From Myxococcota bacterium (GTDB taxonomy: Bacteria > Myxococcota_A > Polyangia > Nannocystales > Nannocystaceae): a DNA stretch of 64,000 nt. The notes under the pieces are model-generated. The model worked only from the letters and a program-made list of their open reading frames with translations. It was not told the DNA's origin and did not search any database. A program made the position numbers and the translations under genes. Shown in pieces: positions 27,331-36,560 of this stretch; positions within the stretch are counted from its first letter, which is position 1, and each line of letters starts with the position of its first letter. The stretch lies in NCBI GenBank assembly GCA_039028615.1, contig JBCCHT010000026.1, positions 128,001-192,000 on the forward strand. The letters run 5' to 3'.

Positions 27331-29187
27331 CTATCGCTCGACCGGGACGAGGCCGAGCTCGTAGAACGACACGGTACCGCTGACCTCGTTGGTCACGACG
27401 ACCAGTGGGGTGCCCGTGGGGCTGTCTTCTTCGCCGATGAAGACGAGGCCTTCGGGTGCGAGGTCGTCGGCAGTGCCCGCCTCGGCGTCGCCCATGAAGT
27501 CGCGCCGGTTGATGTACATGAGCCACTCGGGGGCGCTGGGGTCCGCGAGATCCCAGACCATGAAGCCGCCGACGCGCTCGAGGCCGACGAAGACGTAGGC
27601 GTGGCCGAAGGCCTCGCCGACCACCAGACCCTCGGGCTCGGGGCCCTTGGCGTCGCTGCGCGAGTCGAAGGAGCCGTTCTCGTCGTTCGTCGAGTTGAAG
27701 TCGTCGGGGAAGGCGACCGCGACGGCCTGCTCGATGGCGTCGCCGCTGTCCCACACGACGTTGCCTGTGGCGTCGAACACGGTGATCGAGCGCGAGCCGT
27801 ACGAGAATAGCTGCTCGTACTCACCGTTACCGTCCGCGTCGCCGTTGACGGTGGTGACCTCCAGGCGGCCGAGCGCTTCCTCGAGCTGGAGGTCGGCCGC
27901 GTTGGGGAACGCGGTGGGATCGAGGGTGAGGTCTTCGACGCGAACCTCCTCTTCGAAGCCGTCGTAGTCGCGCGCGTCCCCTTCGTTGGCGGTGATCAGG
28001 TAGGTCGCGCCCGCGGCCTCGAACGAGGCGATTGCGTCCGGCTGCCGCATGCCCCACACGGGCACGGGGCCGATGTTGATGGCGTCGTCGCGATCGCTGG
28101 GATCGATGCCGGTCACGCTGTGGTCGACGAAGCCGAGGCCCACGACCTGCGTGACCAGGCCGCCGTTGAGGTCGACCACGGCCATCGCGTTGTTCTCCTG
28201 GAGGGTCACCCAGGCAGTATTGGAGTCGGCAGACACCGCCACGTACTCCGGCTCGAGGTCCTGCGCGATGCTCGAGCCCGGGCCGAAGATCCGGGTGGAG
28301 CCGTCGATGTGGGCGGGGGTCAGGGCCTGGAAACCTGCGGTGAGGACATCACCGTCGTCGAGGTTGTCCGCGCCACGGGCCAGATCGATGATGCTCACCG
28401 ATCCCTCGGGGTCGACTTGGCCGGGCTCGTAGCCCTCGGGCTCGCCTTCGTTGGCCACCACGACCGCGCTACCGTCAGGGGTGAAGGTGACCATGTCCGG
28501 GAGCACGCCGACCGTGATCGACGACAGCTCCGTGCCGTCGGAGTCGAAGAACACGACCTCGCCGGGCGCGAAGTCATCCACGTTGGGGAAGCTGGCCGCG
28601 ACCACCCCATCGTGCACGGTCACCGAGGTGGGGCCAGCCAGATCGGGGTTGGACGGGGTCAGGGCCTGCACGAAGGCCGGCATCGTGGGATCGGAAACGT
28701 CGAGGATGTCGATCACCTGGTCGTTGCCGTTGGTCACGAACAGCGACTGGCTGATCGGATCGAACGCCGCGATCTCGGCCGCGCCTTCGTCGTAGATCTC
28801 GGCCAGGGGCTCGGGGGCGTAGCGACCGATGCGGTTGATCTCCAGCTCCATCGGCGGCTCTTCGCCCGTGCTGTCGGTGCTGTCGGTGCCTTCTGTGTCC
28901 CCGGTCTCACCCCCGGTGGTGCCTCCGGCCGTGCCACCCGTGGTGAAGCCCGTCGCTCCACCCGTGCTCGAGTCGCCCCCAGGCTCCCCCGAAGTGTTCT
29001 CTGCGTCGTCTCGGGTCGTGGCGGGAGGGGGAGCGTCGCCCGTCGTCGTGGCGAGGCCGGAGGTCGTGCCCCCGCCGATGCCCGAGCTCCCGTCGCCCGA
29101 CGCGGTGGTGTCGTCCGCACAGGCCAGGGCGAGGCAGGCCAACGCGGCGAGCGTGGCGCGGGACGTGAAATTGATGCCGACAGTCAT
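27331..29187 (-). CDS. Choice-of-anchor I beta-propeller lipoprotein (alkaline-phosphatase-associated)
   Basis: Lipobox LAC; AAEIAAFD, LPDMVTFTPDG, ANEGEP, LEPEYVAV, RSDAKGPEPEG, NEVSGT. Confidence 0.88.
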   Translation of the reverse strand: MTVGINFTSRATLAALACLALACADDTTASGDGSSGIGGGTTSGLATTTGDAPPPATTRDDAENTSGEPGGDSSTGGATGFTTGGTAGGTTGGETGDTEGTDSTDSTGEEPPMELEINRIGRYAPEPLAEIYDEGAAEIAAFDPISQSLFVTNGNDQVIDILDVSDPTMPAFVQALTPSNPDLAGPTSVTVHDGVVAASFPNVDDFAPGEVVFFDSDGTELSSITVGVLPDMVTFTPDGSAVVVANEGEPEGYEPGQVDPEGSVSIIDLARGADNLDDGDVLTAGFQALTPAHIDGSTRIFGPGSSIAQDLEPEYVAVSADSNTAWVTLQENNAMAVVDLNGGLVTQVVGLGFVDHSVTGIDPSDRDDAINIGPVPVWGMRQPDAIASFEAAGATYLITANEGDARDYDGFEEEVRVEDLTLDPTAFPNAADLQLEEALGRLEVTTVNGDADGNGEYEQLFSYGSRSITVFDATGNVVWDSGDAIEQAVAVAFPDDFNSTNDENGSFDSRSDAKGPEPEGLVVGEAFGHAYVFVGLERVGGFMVWDLADPSAPEWLMYINRRDFMGDAEAGTADDLAPEGLVFIGEEDSPTGTPLVVVTNEVSGTVSFYELGLVPVER

Positions 29188-29291
29188 GAGTCTCTCGACG
29201 TGGAGTACAAACCCGCACTGTCACACCGGGGTCCCGTCGACCTCACAAGGGGTCTCGCAGGCGTCACATCTACGTCGGTATAACGACCTCC

Positions 29292-30131
29292 ATGTCGGAT
29301 TCCTCTGCGCTGCAGGCTCTGGAGACCCGGGGGTTCGTCGTGCTCGAGGGGCTCCTCGATGCGCCGCAGCTGTCGCGGGCGCGCGAGCAGCTCGAGCCGC
29401 TGCTCGAGGTGGGCCCCGCGGGGCGCAATCACTTCGAGGGCACCAAGACCCAGCGGGTCTACTCGGTGGTGGCGTATGACGAGATCTTCGGGGAGATGGT
29501 CCTGCACCCACGGGTGCTCGCGATCGTCGACGCGCTGCTGGAGCCCAACTATCTGCTGACGGCGAGCCAGGCCATCGTGATTCACCCGGGCGAGACGCCG
29601 CAGCCCGTGCACTACGACGATGGGTTCTACGGTCTGGCCCGTCCGCGGCCGCCGGTCAGCATCTCGACCATCTGGGCGCTCGACGACTTCACGGCTGCGA
29701 ACGGGGGCACGGAGATCATTGCCGGGAGCCACCGCTGGGACGATGCACAGACCGAGGCGGCGAAGCTCGTCGATCTGCACAACGACCCGGGGGCGAGGGG
29801 GGCACGGATCGACGCCGAGCTCGGGCCGCTCGAGATGAAGGCGGGGTCCTGTGTGGTCTTCGCCGGGACGATGTTGCATCGCGGCGGGGCGAACCGATCG
29901 CAGATGCGTCGTCGGGCGGTGAGCCACCAGTACTGTCAGCCGTGGGCGCGGCAGCAGGAGAACTTCATGCTCTCCATTCCCCGAGCGCGAGCGGCCGCGA
30001 TGCCGCCTCGCCTGCAGGGGATGTTGGGCTACTCCATTCACCCGCCCTTCATGGGTCACGTGGCGGGGCGCACCCCGACCAAGCTCCTCGATCCGCAGTG
30101 GCGTAATCCGCTGGAGACCGACAATTCCTGA
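29292..30131 (+). CDS. Phytanoyl-CoA dioxygenase (PhyH) family protein
   Basis: QPVHYDD (HxD), WALDDFTAANGGT, GSH, LHRGGAN. Confidence 0.9.
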   Translation: MSDSSALQALETRGFVVLEGLLDAPQLSRAREQLEPLLEVGPAGRNHFEGTKTQRVYSVVAYDEIFGEMVLHPRVLAIVDALLEPNYLLTASQAIVIHPGETPQPVHYDDGFYGLARPRPPVSISTIWALDDFTAANGGTEIIAGSHRWDDAQTEAAKLVDLHNDPGARGARIDAELGPLEMKAGSCVVFAGTMLHRGGANRSQMRRRAVSHQYCQPWARQQENFMLSIPRARAAAMPPRLQGMLGYSIHPPFMGHVAGRTPTKLLDPQWRNPLETDNS

Positions 30132-30133
30132 GC

Positions 30134-30829
30134 TCAGTCGAAGGTGCGCTGGATCGACTCTCGAAGTACGCTCGATGCATCGGCGGGGAGCAGGCCCCCG
30201 TGGCCGCCGATGAGCTTGTCGAAGGGAAGGCTGGCCAATCGCTCGAAATCTGGGCGTAGCGTGCCACCCGGTGGGGTCTGGAGCTTGCGCCACGGAGGCC
30301 CGATCTGCGCTGGATTTCGGAAGCCCAGCATCGCGGTGATGATCTTGGCTCCGGTGGACATCAATGGATGCGGAGCCCAGTGCTGCACCGCGTCGCAGGT
30401 CACGACCAGCCCGCCGTCGCGATCGACGTGCAGCGCGGTCTCGGGGATTTTCACGTCGCGGAAGCGGAAGACCCTCACCCCCGGGAGCGGAAGCTCAGTT
30501 GCCTCGGTCAGCTCGGCGACCCCGTCCTCGGCATTGGCAGACCAGCGCTTGGCCCCGTAGCGATCGACGTAGTACGCGTCGTCCATGCCGTGGCCGCCGA
30601 TCTTCATGACGTGCGCCACTCGGCCCAGCGTATCGAGGGCGCGCTCGCCTTCTTCGTTCAATCGCACCGCATTGACGAGGGTCAGCTCGCCTTCGTGGCG
30701 AAGCACCACCATGTTGCGAATCAACCGCACCAGGGGCTTGAGCATGACGGTCCCGGTCACGAACCAGGCGTCGTCGAAGATCGGTTGGAGTTCGCCGTGA
30801 GGCGTGGCCGCGGGAAATTGAGTCGACAT
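30134..30829 (-). CDS. Hypothetical protein, metallo-beta-lactamase-like (DUF4336-like)
   Basis: RNMVVLR, GHGMDD, CDAV, LIGGHG. Confidence 0.7.
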   Translation of the reverse strand: MSTQFPAATPHGELQPIFDDAWFVTGTVMLKPLVRLIRNMVVLRHEGELTLVNAVRLNEEGERALDTLGRVAHVMKIGGHGMDDAYYVDRYGAKRWSANAEDGVAELTEATELPLPGVRVFRFRDVKIPETALHVDRDGGLVVTCDAVQHWAPHPLMSTGAKIITAMLGFRNPAQIGPPWRKLQTPPGGTLRPDFERLASLPFDKLIGGHGGLLPADASSVLRESIQRTFD

Positions 30830-31033
30830 TGGTGGTGTGCCTCGAATTCAGGACGCTCGGGATGAGCGTGTTTTGCGCGTGTTCGTAGACGACGACGCCG
30901 TGGCCGGAGACCAAAGTTCTCGTGATTGTTTGAGAATTTGTGTTTCCGGAAATGCTTGTTTCCTATTATAGGGATCGATTTACGGAATGCAACATTTCTG
31001 GAATGGAAAGTTTCTGCTATTAAGTGAGTCGAG

Positions 31034-31630
31034 ATGGCGAACGCGAACCGGCGTCCGGCGAAGGCTCGCGGGCGCAAACGAGATGCCGATCGCACGGACG
31101 CCATCCTGGCCGCCGCCGGAGAGCTGCTCCTCGAGGTGGGGTTCGATCGGCTCCGGGTGCAAGACGTCGCGGCGCGAGCCGGGGCGGGCACGGGCGCCAT
31201 CTATCGGCGGTGGCCCAAGAAGGAAGCGCTGCTGGCCGAGGCGATCCGGGCGATGCCCGATGTCGATGCGGCGGTGACCGACGACCCGGTCGCCGACCTG
31301 CGGACCCTGATCGCCGACAAGTGCCGGGCGACCACGGAAAAGCCCGACCTCGTGCCTGGTCTGATCTCGGCGATGCGTGCCGACCCGGGCATCGAGCGTG
31401 CGGTGAAGGACGGCATCAACCTCGACTACCTGCGCGATGCGGTCGCTCGTATCGTCGGTCCGGACCACCCGCACCTCACGCTGCTGACCGATCTCGTCCC
31501 CGCGGTGTTGCTACAGCGGGCCGCGTTCACCCCCGAGGTCCTCGATGCCGACGCGATGACGGACGAACTCCTCTCGTTCATCCAGGCCGTGGGCGAGCAG
31601 CTTCAGTCGATCACTTCGAAGAGCAAGTAG
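31034..31630 (+). CDS. TetR/AcrR family regulator
   Basis: ILAAAGELLLEVGF...DVAARAGAGTGAIYRRWPKK. Confidence 0.92.
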   Translation: MANANRRPAKARGRKRDADRTDAILAAAGELLLEVGFDRLRVQDVAARAGAGTGAIYRRWPKKEALLAEAIRAMPDVDAAVTDDPVADLRTLIADKCRATTEKPDLVPGLISAMRADPGIERAVKDGINLDYLRDAVARIVGPDHPHLTLLTDLVPAVLLQRAAFTPEVLDADAMTDELLSFIQAVGEQLQSITSKSK

Positions 31631-32253
31631 AGCCCCGCGAGCGCCCCCAAGATGGCGGCCAGGCACAGGGCTCGGTAGGCGGCGGAGCCACGACCCTCGA
31701 GCCAGCGCTGGAACGTGCGGCTGAGGGTGGGGACGAGCAGCCAGCCGGTCATCGCCACGGTGATGGCGTTGCCGATGAGCACCGCGCTGGGCTTGGACAG
31801 GGGCTCGAGTAGGGGCGACGCGACGAGCTGGAGCAGCATCACCGAGGGGTACAGCGCCAGCAAGACCAGCAGGTTGATCTTCCAGACGGGGGGCTTGGTC
31901 GTCAGCCGCGAGGAGAGCCACTGCTCGAACGCGGGTTTTTGCATCGAGCCGCGGTAGCTGTAGCCCTGCTTCTCCGCCGTCACGAGCAGCTGGCGTCGGG
32001 TGTCGCTGTCGAGCCACTTCAGGCAGCTGCTCAACGAGTCGAATTGCAGCTGGGTCGTGTAGGCCACGCCTGCGCTGGTGGGGGTGCTCGATGTGTCCTG
32101 GCCCAGAAATCCGGGGAAGCCCTGGGCGGCCTCTTCGAAGCGGCGCTGGATCTCGGCGAAGGCCGCGGCCTGCTTGGACGTGCCCTCGTAGTGGATGGTG
32201 TAGACGAAGGCGCCCCGCTTCGGTTGCGTGGAGCTGTGGTCGGGCGTGGTCAT
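31603..32253 (-). CDS. Antibiotic-biosynthesis-monooxygenase-like membrane protein
   Basis: GFPGFLG, FDSLSSCLKWLDS, PPVWK followed by three TM helices. Confidence 0.75.
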   Translation of the reverse strand: MTTPDHSSTQPKRGAFVYTIHYEGTSKQAAAFAEIQRRFEEAAQGFPGFLGQDTSSTPTSAGVAYTTQLQFDSLSSCLKWLDSDTRRQLLVTAEKQGYSYRGSMQKPAFEQWLSSRLTTKPPVWKINLLVLLALYPSVMLLQLVASPLLEPLSKPSAVLIGNAITVAMTGWLLVPTLSRTFQRWLEGRGSAAYRALCLAAILGALAGLYLLFEVID

Positions 32254-32307
32254 CGGCGCGCGCGAGGGGTGACCGTACCCGCAGCGAGGCGGCGAGACCA
32301 AGCCGAA

Positions 32308-33282
32308 CTAGCGAGGCGCGGGGGGCAGGGGAATGCCCACCCGCTCGGCGTCGGCGAAGCGCCCTTCGGCTCGGTAGTGCTCCGCCAGGATCTGCAGCAG
32401 CTCCAGGGAACGCGCGGGGTGGAGCCGCTGGAAAAAGGCCGAGGCGGCCTCGGGTCGGCCTATCTCGGCGTAGGCACGCACGCAGTCCTTGGCGGCCGAA
32501 TCGGCGAGGCCGGCGGAGTGCTCGAGGGTGCGGGCGTGGATGACCACGTCGACCCAGCGGTCGAGGGCGGCCTGGTTGTCGTGGCGATTGAAGGCGATCC
32601 AGCCGAGGCGATAGCGGGCGTACAGCTGCGAGCCGAGCTCGCCGCGACCGGAGGCCAGCAGATATAGAGGTTCGGCATTGCGGACCTCGTTGTCGGCAAA
32701 GGCGGCGTCGGCCAGCACGAGGGCCGAGGGACCGACGAGGGCGTGGTGGGGATGATTGCGGAGCAGGGCCTCGTAGTCGCGGTGGGCACCTTCATCGTCG
32801 CCCTGCGCCTGCCGGGTGGTCGCGCGCCCGTACCGAGCTTCGGCCATGAGCTCGTTGGGCAAGCCCGGACTCTCGAGAGCGCGGTCGTAGCTCTGCTCGG
32901 CCTGGTCCAGCCAGCGGTGGCGCTGCGCCGTGAAGGTTTCGTTTGTGCGGGCCCACTCCTCCTGCATCTCGATGTCGCTCGAGTCCAGCTGCTGCAGGGC
33001 GTGGGTGTAGTGCTGCTCGCTGGCCAGCGCGAGGTGCTCGGAGTAGGCCTCGGCCATCGCGAAGAGGGCTCGGGCGCGGGTCTCACCCTCCGTCTTTGAC
33101 GCGATCCGCTGCTGCACGGCGATGCGGCGGTCGAGCGCGGCGTGCCGTGCCGTGAACGAGTCCTCGGGCTCGGGCTCCGACGCTGCGGTGTCCGCGGGCG
33201 CCGCGGTTGGAGCGTTGGCGGGGGCACATGCGCCCACCACCGCCGTCATCACGAGCCACGATCGAAGCACTGCCGGGCGCAC
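32308..33282 (-). CDS. Tetratricopeptide-repeat lipoprotein
   Basis: VVGAC lipobox; helical repeats ALFAMAEAY, ARYGRA, ARYRLGW. Start uncertain. Confidence 0.7.
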   Translation of the reverse strand: MRPAVLRSWLVMTAVVGACAPANAPTAAPADTAASEPEPEDSFTARHAALDRRIAVQQRIASKTEGETRARALFAMAEAYSEHLALASEQHYTHALQQLDSSDIEMQEEWARTNETFTAQRHRWLDQAEQSYDRALESPGLPNELMAEARYGRATTRQAQGDDEGAHRDYEALLRNHPHHALVGPSALVLADAAFADNEVRNAEPLYLLASGRGELGSQLYARYRLGWIAFNRHDNQAALDRWVDVVIHARTLEHSAGLADSAAKDCVRAYAEIGRPEAASAFFQRLHPARSLELLQILAEHYRAEGRFADAERVGIPLPPAPR

Positions 33283-33335
33283 GAGGGACCCTGACACCCC
33301 GGACGGCCGTGGGTTCCCGACGGGCGAGACTCGCC

Positions 33336-34019
33336 TCACTCTTCGGCGAGCGCGCGGAGCCCGGCAATGGTGACCCGCAGCGTCTGCTCGAGGCTCGACT
33401 CGAAATCGACGCAGGCGTGGGCGAGATCGGGGCGCTGGAGGGCTTCGTGCACGGCGGGGGCGGGGTGAGCCGCGGGCCACATGCCGACCATCTGGAAGTA
33501 GGTGACCTCGACGAGCTTACGTACCTGGGTCGCGGACAGCTCGGGCAGCGCCTGACCGATGGCCTGCAGCAACCCTCCCATGGGCTGCATGAAGCCGAGC
33601 TTGAACTCGACGACGACGTCGGTGGAGACGTTGCGCTCGAGCACGGTGGCCAGCACCGAAGCGAGGCGAGGGAAGGTCTCGTGCTCCATGGTGGCGGCCG
33701 TGATCGCGGACGCGAAGCCCCGGGCGTCGCCCGGCGAGCTGAGTCGCTGCAAGCGGGCGATGACCGCGTTGCTCCAGCGCTCCATCGCTTCGAGCATGAG
33801 GTGGAGGAACAGCTCCTCGCGGCTCTCGAAGTAGCGGTACACGCTCGCCTTGGAGATGTTGGCCTCGCGCGCGATGGTGCTGAGGCTGATCTCGTCGACC
33901 GGGCTCTGCTCGAGCATGCGGGTGGCCGCGTGCAGCAGCGCTGCCCGACGATGTTGCTTTTGCTCGTCGCTTCTTGCGCGTTTCCAGACCCCGGCCAATA
34001 ACGAACCCTCAGTCTCCAT
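33336..34019 (-). CDS. TetR/AcrR family regulator
   Basis: KRARSDEQK...IAREANISKASVYRYFESREEL. Start uncertain. Confidence 0.9.
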   Translation of the reverse strand: METEGSLLAGVWKRARSDEQKQHRRAALLHAATRMLEQSPVDEISLSTIAREANISKASVYRYFESREELFLHLMLEAMERWSNAVIARLQRLSSPGDARGFASAITAATMEHETFPRLASVLATVLERNVSTDVVVEFKLGFMQPMGGLLQAIGQALPELSATQVRKLVEVTYFQMVGMWPAAHPAPAVHEALQRPDLAHACVDFESSLEQTLRVTIAGLRALAEE

Positions 34020-34109
34020 GTTACGTCATCGGGCCGGGGTTGGCACGCCAGATACGGATTTTAGTCACGTATTCGACTTCTTAGAGGTTTTTCGATGAAA
34101 ATCTTCGAC

Positions 34110-34128
34110 AACGAACCGATGGTCCGTT
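34110..34128. promoter_or_regulatory. Imperfect palindrome, probable TetR operator
   Basis: AACGAACC-GAT-GGTCCGTT in the AT-rich divergent tetR/SDR spacer; matching half-site AACGAACC at 34000-34007. Confidence 0.5.
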
Positions 34129-34171
34129 ATGTTCTTTCTCGGGTGCAGGACACCCGCCGAGGAGAAGCACG

Positions 34172-35110
34172 ATGGGTAAGCAACGTTGGACCAGCAAGAA
34201 CATCGAGGACCAGACCGGTCGAGTGGCGATCGTGACTGGGGCCAATAGCGGCATCGGGTTCGAGGCCGCCAAAGAACTCGCGGTCGCGGGCGCCGAGGTG
34301 ATCGTGGCCAGCCGCAGCGAGGAGCGGGGCCGGACCGCAGTCGAGCAGATCCGCCAGGCGGCTCCGAGCGCGACCGTCGAGCTCATCGTGCTCGATCTGG
34401 CCGATCTCGGCTCGGTCGAGCGGTTCGCCGCCACCTTCACCGAGCGATACGACCGGCTCGACCTGCTGGTGAACAACGCGGGCGTCATGATGCCGCCGCA
34501 GCGCCAGGAGACGGCCGATGGCTTCGAGCTTCAGTTCGGCACCAACCACCTGGGTCACTTCGCGCTGACCTTGCGGTTGCTCCCAGTGCTGGCGGAGACC
34601 GAGGGCTCGCGGGTCGTCAACGTGTCGAGCTCGGCGCAGAACTTCGCCAAGTTCGACCTCGACGACTTGCAGTGGACGCAGCGCTCCTTCAACCGCATGG
34701 GGTCGTACGGCGCGAGCAAGGCCGCCAACATGCTGTTCACCCTGGAGCTCCAGCGGCGTCTGTCGGAGGCGGGCGTGTCCACGATCTCCACCGCCTGCCA
34801 CCCGGGCTGGACGGGCACCAACCTCCAGGCGTCCACGCCGATGTTCCGCTGGCTCAACCCCATCTTCAGCATGAAGCCCTGGCAGGGGGCGCTGCCTACT
34901 CTGTATGCCGCAGTCGCGCCGCAGGCGGTGGGCGGCGGCTATTATGGCCCCGATGGCCTGGGCACGATGCGAGGCTATCCCGCTCCGAACAAGCCGGCGA
35001 AGCTCAGCACCGACGCCGCCGCGGCCAAGCGCCTGTGGGACCAATCGGAGGAGCTCGTGGGGCTGACCATGCCCTCCATTCGTGGCGCGGCCCGGGCTCA
35101 CGCCAGCTGA
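34172..35110 (+). CDS. Short-chain dehydrogenase/reductase
   Basis: TGANSGIG, NNAGVM, FGTNHLGHF, YGASK. Confidence 0.93.
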   Translation: MGKQRWTSKNIEDQTGRVAIVTGANSGIGFEAAKELAVAGAEVIVASRSEERGRTAVEQIRQAAPSATVELIVLDLADLGSVERFAATFTERYDRLDLLVNNAGVMMPPQRQETADGFELQFGTNHLGHFALTLRLLPVLAETEGSRVVNVSSSAQNFAKFDLDDLQWTQRSFNRMGSYGASKAANMLFTLELQRRLSEAGVSTISTACHPGWTGTNLQASTPMFRWLNPIFSMKPWQGALPTLYAAVAPQAVGGGYYGPDGLGTMRGYPAPNKPAKLSTDAAAAKRLWDQSEELVGLTMPSIRGAARAHAS

Positions 35111-35130
35111 GTCCAGCCGCGAAAACGACC

Positions 35131-35163
35131 ACGGCTCGACATGGGTTCTCCATGCCGAGCCGT
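35131..35163. terminator. Hairpin between convergent genes
   Basis: ACGGCTCG(A)CATGG-GTTCT-CCATG(C)CGAGCCGT. Confidence 0.5.
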
Positions 35164-35186
35164 TGTTCGTGGGGCGAAGGGCTCGT

Positions 35187-36560
35187 CTACGCGAGCACGC
35201 CGGGCAGCGGCCCCGTGGAGTAGTTGGGGTTCCCGAAGTTGTCGATGTCGGCCCCCACCGCCTGCGCCAGGGCGATGAACAGGTTGTTGTGGGGCGTGTC
35301 GGAGGTGAAGCGGAGGAAGCGTCCGCTGTTGATCCGGTTCTGGTAGTTGCCCGCGATCACGTAGGGGACGCTCCAGGGCTCGTGCACCGCCCCGTCGCCC
35401 TGTTCGTTGACCCAGGCGACGACGGTGCTGTCGAGCAGGCGGGACCCATCGGCTTCGATGGTGTTGGCCAGCAAGTTCACGAAGTACAGGAACTGCTCGG
35501 AGTACCAGCGATAGCAGTTCTCGAAGTCGTCGAGCACGCTCTGCGAGTACGGCCACTGGTGTGACAGATCGTGGTGGTGCAGCGTGGCGCCGAGCCAGCT
35601 GAGGACGGTCCAGCTCTGGGAGACATGCCACTGCAGGCTGGCCACGCGGGTCAGGTCGCAGGAGAGCGCGATGGCCAGCAGCTCCATCATGAGCCGGCCG
35701 ACCTCGGGGAAGTACTCGCCGGCGAGGTGGGGCATCACGGGCGGAGCACCGGGCACCTGGCAGTTCTTGGTGGTGCCCATCGCGTCGAGGGTCATCTCGA
35801 GCTCGCGAATGGCGTCGAGGTGCGACTCGAGCTTGGTGCGGTCGTTGCTGCCGAGCTTGCCGTTGAGGGTGTCGAAGTCGCTACGAACGTAGTCGAGGAT
35901 GCTGTGGCGCCGAATCCGAATGCGCTCGAGCTGCTCGGGCGTGTACCCGGCGTTGGCGAAGATGGTGTAGAAGGCCGAGCGCGGGTCGTTCTCGGGGGCC
36001 AGCGGCTCGTAGGGCCCGCGATAGCACATGCGGCAGTTGAGCGGCCGCGAGGAGTCGAGGGTGGCGCGCACGCCCAGCTGGATCGACCGGAAGGTCGTGG
36101 TGGTGCCGATGTGATCGGCGATGACCTGGTCGATGGAGGGTCCGCCCGCCGAGCCGTCGAGCAGCTGCCCATTGGACCCGGTGGTGTGGTTCTTCGACAC
36201 GATGTCGGTGGCGGTGAGGCAGTGCGCCATGCCCATGTCGTGGGGCGGGGCCTGCTCGCCCTCGAAGCGGCTGAGCATGTCGACCCCGTCGAGGATGAGC
36301 AGCTCGTTCTTCACCGGCTCGAGCGGGGCGAGCAGGCGACCGGGCTCCGAGGGGCTGTCGAGCACGAAGTCGGTCTCGCTGCCGATGGGCTCCCAGCGGC
36401 CGGGCACGGTGCCGTTGGGCTGAAAGAAGGTGACGAAGCGCGCTGGGTTGCCCTTTTCGGTCCCGGCCTTGGTCTCCATCGCCTCGAGGAAGGGCAGCGC
36501 GATCGCGATGCCGCCTGCGCCACGGAGTAGGGTTCGACGACTGAGTGGCTTGACCATCAC
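35187..36560 (-). CDS. DUF1552 domain protein (Tat signal)
   Basis: LSRRTLLRGAGG...ALPFLEAM, SIDQVIA, CDLTRVASL, HHDLSH. Confidence 0.9.
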   Translation of the reverse strand: MMVKPLSRRTLLRGAGGIAIALPFLEAMETKAGTEKGNPARFVTFFQPNGTVPGRWEPIGSETDFVLDSPSEPGRLLAPLEPVKNELLILDGVDMLSRFEGEQAPPHDMGMAHCLTATDIVSKNHTTGSNGQLLDGSAGGPSIDQVIADHIGTTTTFRSIQLGVRATLDSSRPLNCRMCYRGPYEPLAPENDPRSAFYTIFANAGYTPEQLERIRIRRHSILDYVRSDFDTLNGKLGSNDRTKLESHLDAIRELEMTLDAMGTTKNCQVPGAPPVMPHLAGEYFPEVGRLMMELLAIALSCDLTRVASLQWHVSQSWTVLSWLGATLHHHDLSHQWPYSQSVLDDFENCYRWYSEQFLYFVNLLANTIEADGSRLLDSTVVAWVNEQGDGAVHEPWSVPYVIAGNYQNRINSGRFLRFTSDTPHNNLFIALAQAVGADIDNFGNPNYSTGPLPGVLA

